The translations under genes and the position numbers were made by a program. Of a stretch of DNA of 24,389 nt, positions 1 to 9,442 are shown piece by piece. Numbering within the stretch: position 1 is the stretch's first letter; every line of letters starts with the position of its first letter. The notes beneath the pieces are model-generated. The model searched no databases, was not told the DNA's origin, and saw nothing but the letters and a program-made list of their open reading frames with translations. Origin of the DNA: Prasinococcaceae sp. CCMP 1430 (Eukaryota; Plantae; Prasinodermophyta). The stretch lies in NCBI GenBank assembly GCA_013416795.1, contig RQSC01000001.1, positions 51,119 to 75,507 on the forward strand. The letters are read 5' to 3'.

Positions 1-564
1 CCCCCCAAAAAAAAAGAGGAGCGCGGTGCGGTGCGCCGAGAGGCAAGGAGGGGGTGGGGGTGAGCGAGGCGGGGGACGAGGGAGGCACGGCGTCGGACCG
101 CCGGGAGCCCCGCGAAGGAGCCTCCGGGGCAGCATCCCGCCCCACCCTTCCTCCCCCCCAACCTTCTCGCGCCGCGCCGCGCCCGCCTGCGCTCGCTCTC
201 GCGCGCGGCGGCGCTCGGTTCGGAGCGCGGTGTCCCGGTTCCGCTCGGCCGGCGCCGCTCGNNNNNNNNNNNNNNNNNNNNNNNNNNNNNNNNNNNNNNN
301 NNNNNNNNNNNNNNNNNNNNNNNNNNNNNNNNNNNNNNNNNNNNNNNNNNNNNNNNNNNNNNNNNNNNNNNNNNNNNNNNNNNNNNNNNNNNNNNNNNNN
401 NNNNNNNNNNNNNNNNNNNNNNNNNNNNNNNNNNNNNNNNNNNNNNNNNNNNNNNNNNNNNNNNNNNNNNNNNNNNNNNNNNNNNNNNNNNNNNNNNNNN
501 NNNCCCCCCCCCCCCCCCCCCCCCTTCCCCCTCTCCCCCCCGCGCGCGCGCGTCCGCCGGGCAG

Positions 565-3500
565 ATCTTCCGCCTGTTCACCTCGCGGAAGCCCAACGTG
601 TCCAAGGAGTGGCAGGTGAAGCTGCCCGACTTCGTGCGGCGGCTCGAGGAGGCGCTGTACCGCACGGCGCGCTCCAAGGATGAGTACCAGGACGCCAACA
701 CGCTCGAGGGCAGGCTGCAGGCGGTCGCGCGGCGCATGGTCGCGCGCAACCCGCAGGCGGCCGCGGGCGGCGGGCAGCAGGGCGTCGCGGCCCAGCAGCA
801 CCAGCAGCAGGGGTACATGCAGGCGCCGAACGGCCACATGCCCGTCGGCGGGCCGTCGAACGGGTACCCGCAGCAGCAGCAGGCGTACGGGCAGCAGGGC
901 GGCATGCAGCAGGGCAGGCAGCAGAGCGGCGGCCAGGGGGGCGGCGGGATGATGCCCACGCCGGGCACCGACTTCGCCCGCCAGCAGTCGGGCGGCCAGA
1001 TGATCCCCTCGGGCGCGGCCGGCGGGCAGCGGCCCATGCAGGGCGCGCAGGGCGGCGCGCAGCAGGCGCAGCAGCAGCGCTACGGCGGCATGGTGCCCGT
1101 CGGCGGCGCCGGCATGCAGCAGGGCATGGTGCCCATGGGGCCGCAGGGCGCGCAGCAGAAGGGCGGCCAGCAGCCCGGCATGCAGGGCCAGCAGCAGTCG
1201 CAGGGCCAGTCGGGGGGGCAGTCGCAGGCCGGCGCCGGCGCGCAGGGCATCGACCAGCGCGCGGTGAAGATCCAGCAGCAGCGCGCGCTCGTGCAGAAGC
1301 AGCAGCGCTGGCTGCTCTTCCTGAGGCACGCGTCCAAGTGCCAGGCCCCCGAGGGCCAGTGCCCGGTGACGCCGCACTGCGGCGTGGCCCGCAAGCTCTG
1401 GCACCACGTGCTCAAGTGCCGCGATCCCAAGTGCGAGTACCCGCGATGCGTGCCCAGCCGCGAGCTCCTCTCGCACCACCAGCGCTGCCGCGAGCAGCGC
1501 TGCGTGGTGTGCGCGCCCGTGCGCGAGGCGCTGCTGCGCCGCCAGCAGCAGCAGCAGCAGCTGCAAATGCAGCAGCAGCAGCAGCAGCAGCAACAGATGC
1601 AGCAGCAGGGCGTCGTGCCCGGCCAGCACCCGCAGGCGCAGCAGATGCGCCAGCCCATGGGTGGCCAGGGCCAGATGGCGCGTGGCCCCAGCGGCGGCGT
1701 GCCCGTGCAGCAGGCGCAATCGCAGCAGTTGGGTCAGCAGTCGTGGGTGCCGCAGGGCGGCTCGATGATGGTGCCGACGAACAACGGGATGCCCGGACAG
1801 GGCATGATGCAGGGGATGGGCCCCGGCGGCGTGCCCGTGCAGCCGCCGGGGTTCAAGCTCGAGGGTGCGCCCGCACCCCCTGCGAAGACGAGCGGCTCGC
1901 GCCCGGCCAAGCGCCGCAAGACCACGCCCGCCGCGGGCAAGGCCGCCGCCGGCGCCGGCGCTGCGGGCGCCGGCGCTCTCACCAAGCAGAACTCGAAGAG
2001 CAAGGATGTGAAGAAGGAGAAGGAGATGGCGGCGTCCATCATCGACACCTTCCACGCGTCGGACATCGAGGCCCTCCTCGAGAGCCTGCGGCGCGAGCGC
2101 GTCGAGATCGAGGCGCGCGCGAAGCCGGCCAAGGGCGCGGCCGCGGCTGCGCCCAAGCCGCCGGCGGCGCCGGGCGGCCCCGTGAGCGACAACACGTGCC
2201 ACCTGTGCCTGGCGGAGCGCATGACCTTCGAGCCGCCGCTGCTCTACTGCACGGGATGCGCGGTGCGCATCAAGCGCGACCAGCAATACCTGACGCCCGC
2301 GCAGAAGATGTCCGATAGCATGGGTCAGGCGGTGCGCTACGTGTGGTGCACGGGGTGCATCAAACTCGCCAACGGCCAGCCCCTGAAAATCGACAACGGC
2401 CGCACGATCCCGAGGAACCAGCTCGTGAAGCGCACCAACTCGGAGGACGTGGAGGAGTCGTGGGTGCAGTGCGACAAGTGCAACCGATGGCAGCACCAGG
2501 TCTGTGCGCTGTTCAACGACGCCGCGAACCGCCAAGCCGACGGCGATCAGGAGTACACGTGCCCCGCGTGCCGCCTCGACGCCCTCAAGAAGGCCGAGGG
2601 GCCCTCCAAATCGAAGGCGGGCATGGCAAAGGCCGCCAAGATCGTCAAGGCGGGCGGCAAGTGGAAGAGCGCAGCCGATCTGCCGCGCTGCAAGCTGTCG
2701 GACTTCCTGGAGGCGCGCATGGCCAAGGCGCTGCGGGCGGACCGCGAGCAGCGTGCGGCCAAGGAAGGCAAGAGCGTCGAGGACGTGCCCGAGGCCAACC
2801 CGCTCACGATCAGGATGGTTTCGAACGTTGCGAAGACGTTTGAGGTGAAGGCCAAATTCAAGGAGTGGTTCCCGGAGATGGCCGCCGAGCCGCCCAAAAA
2901 GGGCGGGCAGTCGCATGAGCTGCCCTACCAGTCAAAGGTGCTGCTCATGTCCCAGAAGATCGAGGGAATCGACGTGATCATCTTCGCGGCTTACCTGCAG
3001 GAGTACGGCGACAACTGCCCCGAACCCAACCGCCGTCGCGTGTACCTGTCGTACCTCGACTCGGTGAAGTACTTCCGTCCCAACATCAAGAGCGCCAAGG
3101 GCGAGCCGCTGCGCACGATGGTGTACCAGGAGCTGCTGCAGGGCTATCTGCAATACGTCAAGGAGCTGGGCTTCGTGCACATGTACATCTGGGCGTGCCC
3201 GCCGGTGTCGGGTGAGGACTACATTCTTTACTGTCACCCCGGCTACCAGAAGGTGCCCAAGCCCAAGGCACTGCGCGAGTGGTACATCCGCATGCTGGAG
3301 AAGTCCAAGGCAGAGGGCGTCGTGCTCAGCCTCACGAATCTTTACGACACGTACTGGGCGAACGGCCGGGAGGCTGCCCGCGCGTCGGAGTTGCCGTACT
3401 ACGACGGCGACTATCTGCCGGGCGCGGCCGAGGACATGATTTTGAAGGCGGAGGAGGCAGCGGCGGCGGAGGCAGCGGCGGCCAAGAAGGGCCGCGGCGG

Positions 3501-4569
3501 CAAGAAGGGATCCAGGAAGGCTGCGGCCGGCGAGGGCGCCGACGGCGCCGCCGGTGGGTCGTCGAAGACACGGCGCGGCGCGGCCGACCTGGTCCCGCAG
3601 TCGGAGCAGCAGAGAAAGAAACTCATGGCGACCATCGGTGACACGATCAAGTCAATGAAGGAGGACTTCATCCTGGTGCACCTGGCGCCACTGTGCCACT
3701 GCTGCCGGCGCTACCAAACGAGCGGGACGGTGTACGTCGCGCAGGCCACCAAGAAAGAAGAGATCACGCTGTGCGCGGAGTGTCACGAGCGGGAGGGCGC
3801 GCTCTTGCCCCAGGAGCGTTACGCCTACAACCGCGGAGTGTGGAAGTCGGATGGCTCGTGCACGGCTGTGGCCACGCCCGTGCCCAAGTGCTACCCGCCG
3901 AAGGCGGAGCCGGACAAGCCGATGACGTCCGAGTTCTTCGACGCGCGGCAGCAGTACCTGTCGCTGTGCCAGGGCAACCACTACCAGTTCGACCAGCTGC
4001 GCCGAGCCAAGCACTCGAGCATGATGACGCTCTACCATCTTCACAACCCCCACGTGGCGGCGTTTGCGGCGAGCTGCAACATCTGCTCGGCGGAGATACA
4101 GCCGGGCGACGGCTTCCGGTGCACCAAGTGCGCGGACTTCGACTTGTGCGCCAGCTGCCACGCGCAGGGCAAACACCCGCACCCGATGATTGCTGCGTCC
4201 AAGGGCGGCCGCGAAGAGGAGCGCGAGCGCCGCGAGCGCATGCTGGCGCACATGCAGCGCACCATGCAGCTGCTCGTGCACGCGAGCGCCTGCCGTGACG
4301 GCAACTGCCCGTCGACCAACTGCAACAAGGTGAAGATGCTCTTCCACCACGGCGTCAACTGCCAGGTGCGCGTCACCGGCGGCTGCCAGACGTGCAAGCG
4401 CATGTGGGCGCTGCTCCATCTGCACGCGCGGCAATGCCAGCAGACGCAATGCCCCGTGCCCCGCTGCAGGGACCTCAAGGCGACCGTGCGCCGCGCGCAG
4501 CAGCAGATGGAGGACAGGCGCAGAAACGCCGTGCTCGCGCACTACAGACGCGAAAGCGCGGGCCAGTAG
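565..4569 (+). CDS. HAC1: p300/CBP-family (KAT3) histone acetyltransferase, plant HAC1-like; 5' end lost in the N-gap at 262-503
   Basis: The ORF 598-4569 extends in frame to a CAG acceptor at 562-564 (exon starts ATC TTC at 565). Domains in order: KIX-like (KLPDFVRRLEEALYRTARSKDEY), Q/G/M-rich region, TAZ1 (QQRWLLFLRHASKC...CVVC), RING/PHD (WVQCDKCNRWQHQVCALF), KAT11 HAT (YLSYLDSVKYFRP, YIWACPP, GEDYILYCHP, LREWY), degenerate ZZ, ZZ (CNIC...CTKCADFDLCASCH), TAZ2 (LLVHASAC...CPVPRC). The symbol is family-level. Confidence 0.96.
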   Translation: MFRLFTSRKPNVSKEWQVKLPDFVRRLEEALYRTARSKDEYQDANTLEGRLQAVARRMVARNPQAAAGGGQQGVAAQQHQQQGYMQAPNGHMPVGGPSNGYPQQQQAYGQQGGMQQGRQQSGGQGGGGMMPTPGTDFARQQSGGQMIPSGAAGGQRPMQGAQGGAQQAQQQRYGGMVPVGGAGMQQGMVPMGPQGAQQKGGQQPGMQGQQQSQGQSGGQSQAGAGAQGIDQRAVKIQQQRALVQKQQRWLLFLRHASKCQAPEGQCPVTPHCGVARKLWHHVLKCRDPKCEYPRCVPSRELLSHHQRCREQRCVVCAPVREALLRRQQQQQQLQMQQQQQQQQQMQQQGVVPGQHPQAQQMRQPMGGQGQMARGPSGGVPVQQAQSQQLGQQSWVPQGGSMMVPTNNGMPGQGMMQGMGPGGVPVQPPGFKLEGAPAPPAKTSGSRPAKRRKTTPAAGKAAAGAGAAGAGALTKQNSKSKDVKKEKEMAASIIDTFHASDIEALLESLRRERVEIEARAKPAKGAAAAAPKPPAAPGGPVSDNTCHLCLAERMTFEPPLLYCTGCAVRIKRDQQYLTPAQKMSDSMGQAVRYVWCTGCIKLANGQPLKIDNGRTIPRNQLVKRTNSEDVEESWVQCDKCNRWQHQVCALFNDAANRQADGDQEYTCPACRLDALKKAEGPSKSKAGMAKAAKIVKAGGKWKSAADLPRCKLSDFLEARMAKALRADREQRAAKEGKSVEDVPEANPLTIRMVSNVAKTFEVKAKFKEWFPEMAAEPPKKGGQSHELPYQSKVLLMSQKIEGIDVIIFAAYLQEYGDNCPEPNRRRVYLSYLDSVKYFRPNIKSAKGEPLRTMVYQELLQGYLQYVKELGFVHMYIWACPPVSGEDYILYCHPGYQKVPKPKALREWYIRMLEKSKAEGVVLSLTNLYDTYWANGREAARASELPYYDGDYLPGAAEDMILKAEEAAAAEAAAAKKGRGGKKGSRKAAAGEGADGAAGGSSKTRRGAADLVPQSEQQRKKLMATIGDTIKSMKEDFILVHLAPLCHCCRRYQTSGTVYVAQATKKEEITLCAECHEREGALLPQERYAYNRGVWKSDGSCTAVATPVPKCYPPKAEPDKPMTSEFFDARQQYLSLCQGNHYQFDQLRRAKHSSMMTLYHLHNPHVAAFAASCNICSAEIQPGDGFRCTKCADFDLCASCHAQGKHPHPMIAASKGGREEERERRERMLAHMQRTMQLLVHASACRDGNCPSTNCNKVKMLFHHGVNCQVRVTGGCQTCKRMWALLHLHARQCQQTQCPVPRCRDLKATVRRAQQQMEDRRRNAVLAHYRRESAGQ
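1543..1608 (+). repeat. CAG-rich polyglutamine tract within HAC
   Basis: Interrupted (CAG)n encoding QQQQQQLQMQQQQQQQQQMQQQ. Confidence 0.9.
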
Positions 4570-4672
4570 GCAGCATGGCGGCCCTGACGCACGCAACACA
4601 CAGCACATGGAGCCACACACACAGAGCCGGTGGCGGACGGTAAGAAATTGACGAGGCGAGGACCAGACATTA

Positions 4673-4677
4673 TTACA
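4673..4677 (-). terminator. TGTAA poly(A) signal for CBP60
   Basis: TTACA on the plus strand about 75 nt past the CBP60 stop; UGUAA is the chlorophyte-type signal. Confidence 0.5.
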
Positions 4678-4750
4678 CTAAGCAGCGCGCCACTCTAGCG
4701 AGAGGTTGCGCCGCTCGGACACCCGAGCGCCCCGCACTCTTCAGGCCCGC

Positions 4751-6936
4751 CTATCTCTTCGCGGCCCTCCCATCGTCGGGGGTTATGCCCGCGATCCGCG
4801 CCGAGCGCTTGCGGGTGAGGCTTCCCTGGAACTGCGCCAGTGCGTCCATGCTGCCCTGCCGCACCGCGGCGCCGATGAGATGCGCTGCCTCGTCCCTGTC
4901 GGCGCTGGTCAGGCTCTCGCTGATGAACTGGCCCAGATCCATGCCCAGCGAGTGCTGGCGCGCGGCAGCGGCGGCCTGACCGTCGAAGTCGCCGCCACCC
5001 GTGGCGGACGGCCCGATGGGTGCCGGTCCGATCAGCTTGAGCATGTCCAGGCTCACCTGCCGGGCGGTGAGGTCGGGCGGAATGGCCGCGACGAACGAGT
5101 TTTGGTGCATCGCGCCCAGCATGGGCGGCGCGGTGGCCAGATCGTCGTTTCCAGAGGAGGGGCTGAAGAGCGGCGGCGCCGGCGGCATGCTGTCCATGCT
5201 CGCCGGCAAAGACGGGGTCGAGATGGGTGCTGGCGCACGCTGCTTGTCCTTGGCGAGCGCCGCACCCAGTCCCAGTGACACGCCGCCAGAGCCGCGGGTG
5301 CCAACGGCATCGCCACTCCGTGCACCGGCGCCGGTGCTCGCGCCGCGAGCCATGCCCGCGACGCGCGCTGCGTCCGCCGACATCGGCTGGCCGCTCCCCG
5401 GCATGTTCCTCAGCATCTCCAGCGTTGACTGTCGCGCGCCTTCTGACAGCATTGGGAACATCGAGTTGAGCAACGTTTCGTGGTCCTGCGTGCCTTGCGG
5501 GCCTGCGGCCATGTGGTTCAGCATCGCACCCGCCATGGTATTCATGGTGGTTGACATGCCCGCGCCGCCCCTGCTAGACACCTGCCTCTGGAACGCAGTC
5601 GCGCCGGCAGGCAGCTGGCCGACAGGCGGGATGTACGCCGCAATGCCCGGCGCGTCCTTGGGCACTTCGATGTTGGACTTGCGTTGTGCCTCTCGCACCG
5701 CAGTCATGGCGTTGTCGGTGACGTCCTTCCTGCCGCCGCCCTCGGAGGTCACGTGAAGCACCTCCAGGCTCTGCTGCGCTCCACGCGGCATGGCGATGTA
5801 GTTCGGGTGGCCAGGCTTAAACCAGTCGGTGTACGCCTCGTTCTGCAGCTGGAGCAGCAGCGCGGACTTCTCGGGCGTCATCTGCTCGTCGAGCACCGAT
5901 ATCATCTCGAACTTCTTGCCCATGAATTGCACGCCGCTCGCCGGATCTGCTCCCTTCTTCTTGGCGTCGATCGGCAGCGCCAGCGCGACGGGGTAGTGAT
6001 CCGGATCGAACATGATGCCCATTGTGCGCGCCTTGTCCTTGAACCACATGATGGGAGGCGCCGCCTCCACGACCAGCTGCTTCGCCGCCACGGTGGCCTC
6101 GTCCCACTGCCTGTCGCTCATCTTCAAAATCTTGCGCAGCTCATCCGCGTCGGTCTGCATGCGCTCCACGAACTGCTCAACTGTGGTGATGTCCATGGCC
6201 TCCAGCTTGTCGACCGCCGCGCGGCCAATCCCGGGGAGCTTCTTGACGGGGAGCTCAGTCACGTCGTCCACGCCCGTGTACTCCGCCGCGCGCTTCTTCT
6301 CGTCGGAGAGCGAGCGGCCCGTCTTCACGGCGAAGCCCTCCGAGCGCGCCTCCTTCACCCCCGCCAGGTTGAGGGCGCGCGCGCCGAGGCGGAAGGTGCG
6401 CGGCTTGAAGTTGTAGCTCGGCTGGAGGACGAAGAACGTCTCCGGCACCACCGCCACGCCGTTCTCCATCACGAAGGTCGCGTTCTTGAGCAGATCGCCC
6501 GAGCCCGTCGTCGCGTGGTGCACGTTCCTGTCGTACTCGTCCGTGGTCCACTCGGCGGCCTCAAAATCGCCCTTGAGGATCGACAGCTCGATCTTCACGG
6601 GCCCCGAGTTGCTCACCACCGCGCCGGTCGCGATGTCGACGAGCACGAGCTGCAGTTGGTAGCCCCAGCGGTCGAGCAGGGTTGCGCCGTCGAACCCCTT
6701 GCCGCGCTGGCGCCTGATGTAGTAGCTGTCCTTGAGGATGCCGGTGTCGACCTTGTCGAGCTCCGCGCGCTTCGACGCGCAGAGCCTGCACTTGGGATCG
6801 AAGCACACGAACTCGCGCCTCGAGCGCTGGAACATGTTCACCGCCGCGCGAAACTCGAGGCGCATCGCGCTCGCCGCGCCCTTCTTGGCGTGCGACTGCT
6901 TGAGCTGCTCCTCAACAGCGCGGCGGAGCTCCACGG
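4751..6936 (-). CDS. CBP60: CBP60 (calmodulin-binding protein 60 / SARD1) family transcription factor; visible main exon, 5' exon(s) upstream
   Basis: Family motifs: LQLVLVDIATG, VKIELSILKGDF, WTTDEYDRNV, LLKNATFVMENGVA, TFRLGARA, VKEARSEGFAVK, VKKLPGIG...ITTVEQFV...LRKILKMSDRQWDEATVAAK. Stop TAG at 4751-4753. Minus-strand acceptor CCCGCAG ends at 6937 with a GCTGAC branch point about 40 nt upstream (phase 1). Confidence 0.85.
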
Positions 6937-7472
6937 CTGCGGGCGAGGGGGGTCGAGCCACGCAGGTGGGCCGAGGGTCAGCACCGAGGCAGGCAGGACG
7001 ACGGCGTTGCGCGCGACGCCGGGGCGCCTCGGGTGGCCGCGCTCCCGGGCGGCAGCGCGCGCACGGGGCGCGCGCGCGGGCGCGTGACGCCGGGTGGCTG
7101 GACGCGCACGAAGTGCAATGGGGGCAAGGGGTGGGGGNNNNNNNNNNNNNNNNNNNNNNNNNNNNNNNNNNNNNNNNNNNNNNNNNNNNNNNNNNNNNNN
7201 NNNNNNNNNNNNNNNNNNNNNNNNNNNNNNNNNNNNNNNNNNNNNNNNNNNNNNNNNNNNNNNNNNNNNNNNNNNNNNNNNNNNNNNNNNNNNNNNNNNN
7301 NNNNNNNNNNNNNNNNNNNNNNNNNNNNNNNNNNNNNNNNNNNNNNNNNNNNNNNNNNNNNNNNNNNNNNNNNNNNNNNNNNNNNNNNNNNNNNNNNNNN
7401 NNNNNNNNNNNNNNNNNNNNNNNNNNNNNNNNNNNNNNNNNNNNNNNNNNNNNNNNNNNNNNNNNNNNNNNN

Positions 7473-8245
7473 AAAAAAAAAAAAAGGTGGGGGGTCGCGC
7501 GACGGCACGTGGAGACCCCACCTCGACTCTCCCGTGGCTTTAGACACAGGCATACGTACATTAGGATCGTCGCAGAAAAACGTGGGCACAGGGCCAGTCG
7601 GACCGATCATGCCGCTTTGCATCTGGCCGCCGGGCTGTCCATGCTGCCCGAACGGCGGCCCCTGCTGAGCCCACAGCGAAAAAAAGCAATCAAAAAAAAA
7701 AAAAGGTGGGGGGTCGCGCGACGGCACGTGGAGACCCCACCTCGACTCTCCCGTGGCTTTAGACACAGGCATACGTACATTAGGATCGTCGCAGAAAAAC
7801 GTGGGCACAGGGCCAGTCGGACCGATCATGCCGCTTTGCATCTGGCCGCCGGGCTGTCCATGCTGCCCGAACGGCGGCCCCTGCTGAGCCCACAGCGAAA
7901 AAAAGCAATCAAAAAAAAAAAAAGGTGGGGGGTCGCGCGACGGCACGTGGAGACCCCACCTCGACTCTCCCGTGGCTTTAGACACAGGCATACGTACATT
8001 AGGATCGTCGCAGAAAAACGTGGGCACAGGGCCAGTCGGACCGATCATGCCGCTTTGCATCTGGCCGCCGGGCTGTCCATGCTGCCCGAACGGCGGCCCC
8101 TGCTGAGCCCACAGCGAAAAAAAGCAATCAAAAAAAAAAAAAGGTGGGGGGTCGCGCGACGGCACGTGGAGACCCCACCTCGACTCTCCCGTGGCTTTAG
8201 ACACAGGCATACGTACATTAGGATCGTCGCAGGAAAACGTGGGCA
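7473..8245. repeat. 219-bp tandem array, about 3.5 copies visible, running into an N-gap
   Basis: The A13-GGTGGGGGGTCGCG anchor has its GGTGG at 7486, 7705, 7924 and 8143. Copies read identical except one substitution at 8233; homology ends at 8245. Confidence 0.97.
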
Positions 8246-8420
8246 GTGCATGCAGCTCCCTCTCACAGCCAGTGCAAGGAGTGCACCGGAGGGTACGGTA
8301 CGTCACTCCTCATATTGCCTCGCACGCGCTCGAGGAGTGACCTCGACGGGCCAGTCCCCGCCTCTCGTCGGGCCGCACCGAATTCGCGCACCGCTCGAAA
8401 TCGTACCGTCCGCTGTATGT

Positions 8421-8500
8421 AAACCCTAATACGAATCCCCAAACCCAAACCCAAAGCCAACATCGCAACGAACATCCTTCGCATCGCATAGAAACCCTGA
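8421..8500 (+). promoter_or_regulatory. Telo-box (AAACCCTAA) with degenerate neighbours in an AT-richer intergenic patch
   Basis: AAACCCTAA at 8421-8429, AAACCCAAACCCAAA at 8441-8455, AAACCCTGA at 8492-8500. Confidence 0.4.
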
Positions 8501-9442
8501 AATGCATTAACGCAGCGGATTGCGGAGAAACGTGCGTTTGGTGCTGAACCGGTGCCCCCGTCCAAAACAAAGCCGCGCGTCGCCCGTGGGCTCCTCTGCC
8601 CCTAGAGTGCAGCGTCGACCTCGCACTGACGCCGCGGACACGCAAAGTAAAGGAAACCCAGGGCAAATGCCAAATGATGAATACAGTATGTCAAAAAGCA
8701 TTCTTTGGATGTTTTTGCCGTGTGTGTGTGTGCGGCGTGGCGTGGCGAACGGCGCGCGGGCTGCGGCGTGTCGGTGTTTGGGGTTTGGGCCTCCCTGGCG
8801 CCCGCGTTCGCATGGCGTTTGATGGCGGTGTCCCGGGAGCGGTCTCCGGTGCCCCTGCGGCCGCCGGGACCGGGGCCGGCCCGGTTTTCGTCGCCGTTTT
8901 TTTTTGCGGGGGTGGTGCGGGGTGTGCCGTCGCCGGCGCCCTGGCGCCTGGGCGCCGGGTCGTCGCCGTCGTCCGCGAGGCGCTCGGGCGCGGGGATGGC
9001 GGCGATGTCGCTGTCGGCGTCGAGCGTCGCGACGAGGCCGGCGCGGCGCGCTTGGCGCGCGCGCCCTCTTTCGGCAAAACAAAAAATGGGTGCGTTTTGA
9101 TACGGGCGCGCCCCCTTGGCTTTTTTTGGTTTGGTGCGGCGGCGTGCGCTTTGATGGGGCGCTCCCGGAAATCCATGCGTTTTGATGTGTGATGTGTGTT
9201 TTGCGGCGCGCCGATCCCGCTCCCACCGCCAACCAACCCCTTTATAAGGAGGGTTTTTTTTGTTGGGTCTTTTTCCATGATGAGGACGCGGATGTGATGG
9301 TGATGAGCGCGGACTTTTTAATTTTTCGATNGCGCGGCGCAGCGCGGCGAGGCGAGGTGCCGCGCGGCGCCGGCGACACGAGCTGACGCGCCACGCGCGC
9401 GCGCCGATTCTCTTGCGCCCGCGCGCGACCGCGCGGCCGCAG

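Noticed and set aside
598-6936. Functional link between the neighbouring 'CBP' (p300/CBP) and 'CBP60' genes
   Set aside because: The shared acronym is coincidental; the families are unrelated and tail-to-tail adjacency alone is not evidence.
4706-7087. Long plus-strand ORFs antisense to CBP60 (and similar shadow ORFs over HAC, PETs, MATE, POR)
   Set aside because: Expected from stop-poor, high-GC3 coding on the opposite strand or frame; no domains.
7473-8245. CRISPR-like interpretation of the array
   Set aside because: Whole units are identical with no unique spacers, the context is eukaryotic, and no cas genes are present.
8302-8341. Perfect 10-bp inverted repeat (GTCACTCCTC...GAGGAGTGAC) beside the array end; possible TIR or Helitron hairpin
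   Set aside because: About one such repeat is expected by chance in 24 kb; no TSD, partner terminus or transposase seen.
6732-8429. Plus-strand 565-aa ORF and other long ORFs through the 219-bp array
   Set aside because: They exist because the unit length is a multiple of 3 and they cross Ns. They translate poly-A/T tracts (KKKK, FFFF) and are not credible as unspliced proteins.
9278-9387. Possible C/D-box snoRNA (ATGATGA at 9278, CTGA near 9383; another ATGATGA near 8673)
   Set aside because: No terminal stem, the span crosses an N junction, and the CTGA is better explained as the intron branch point.
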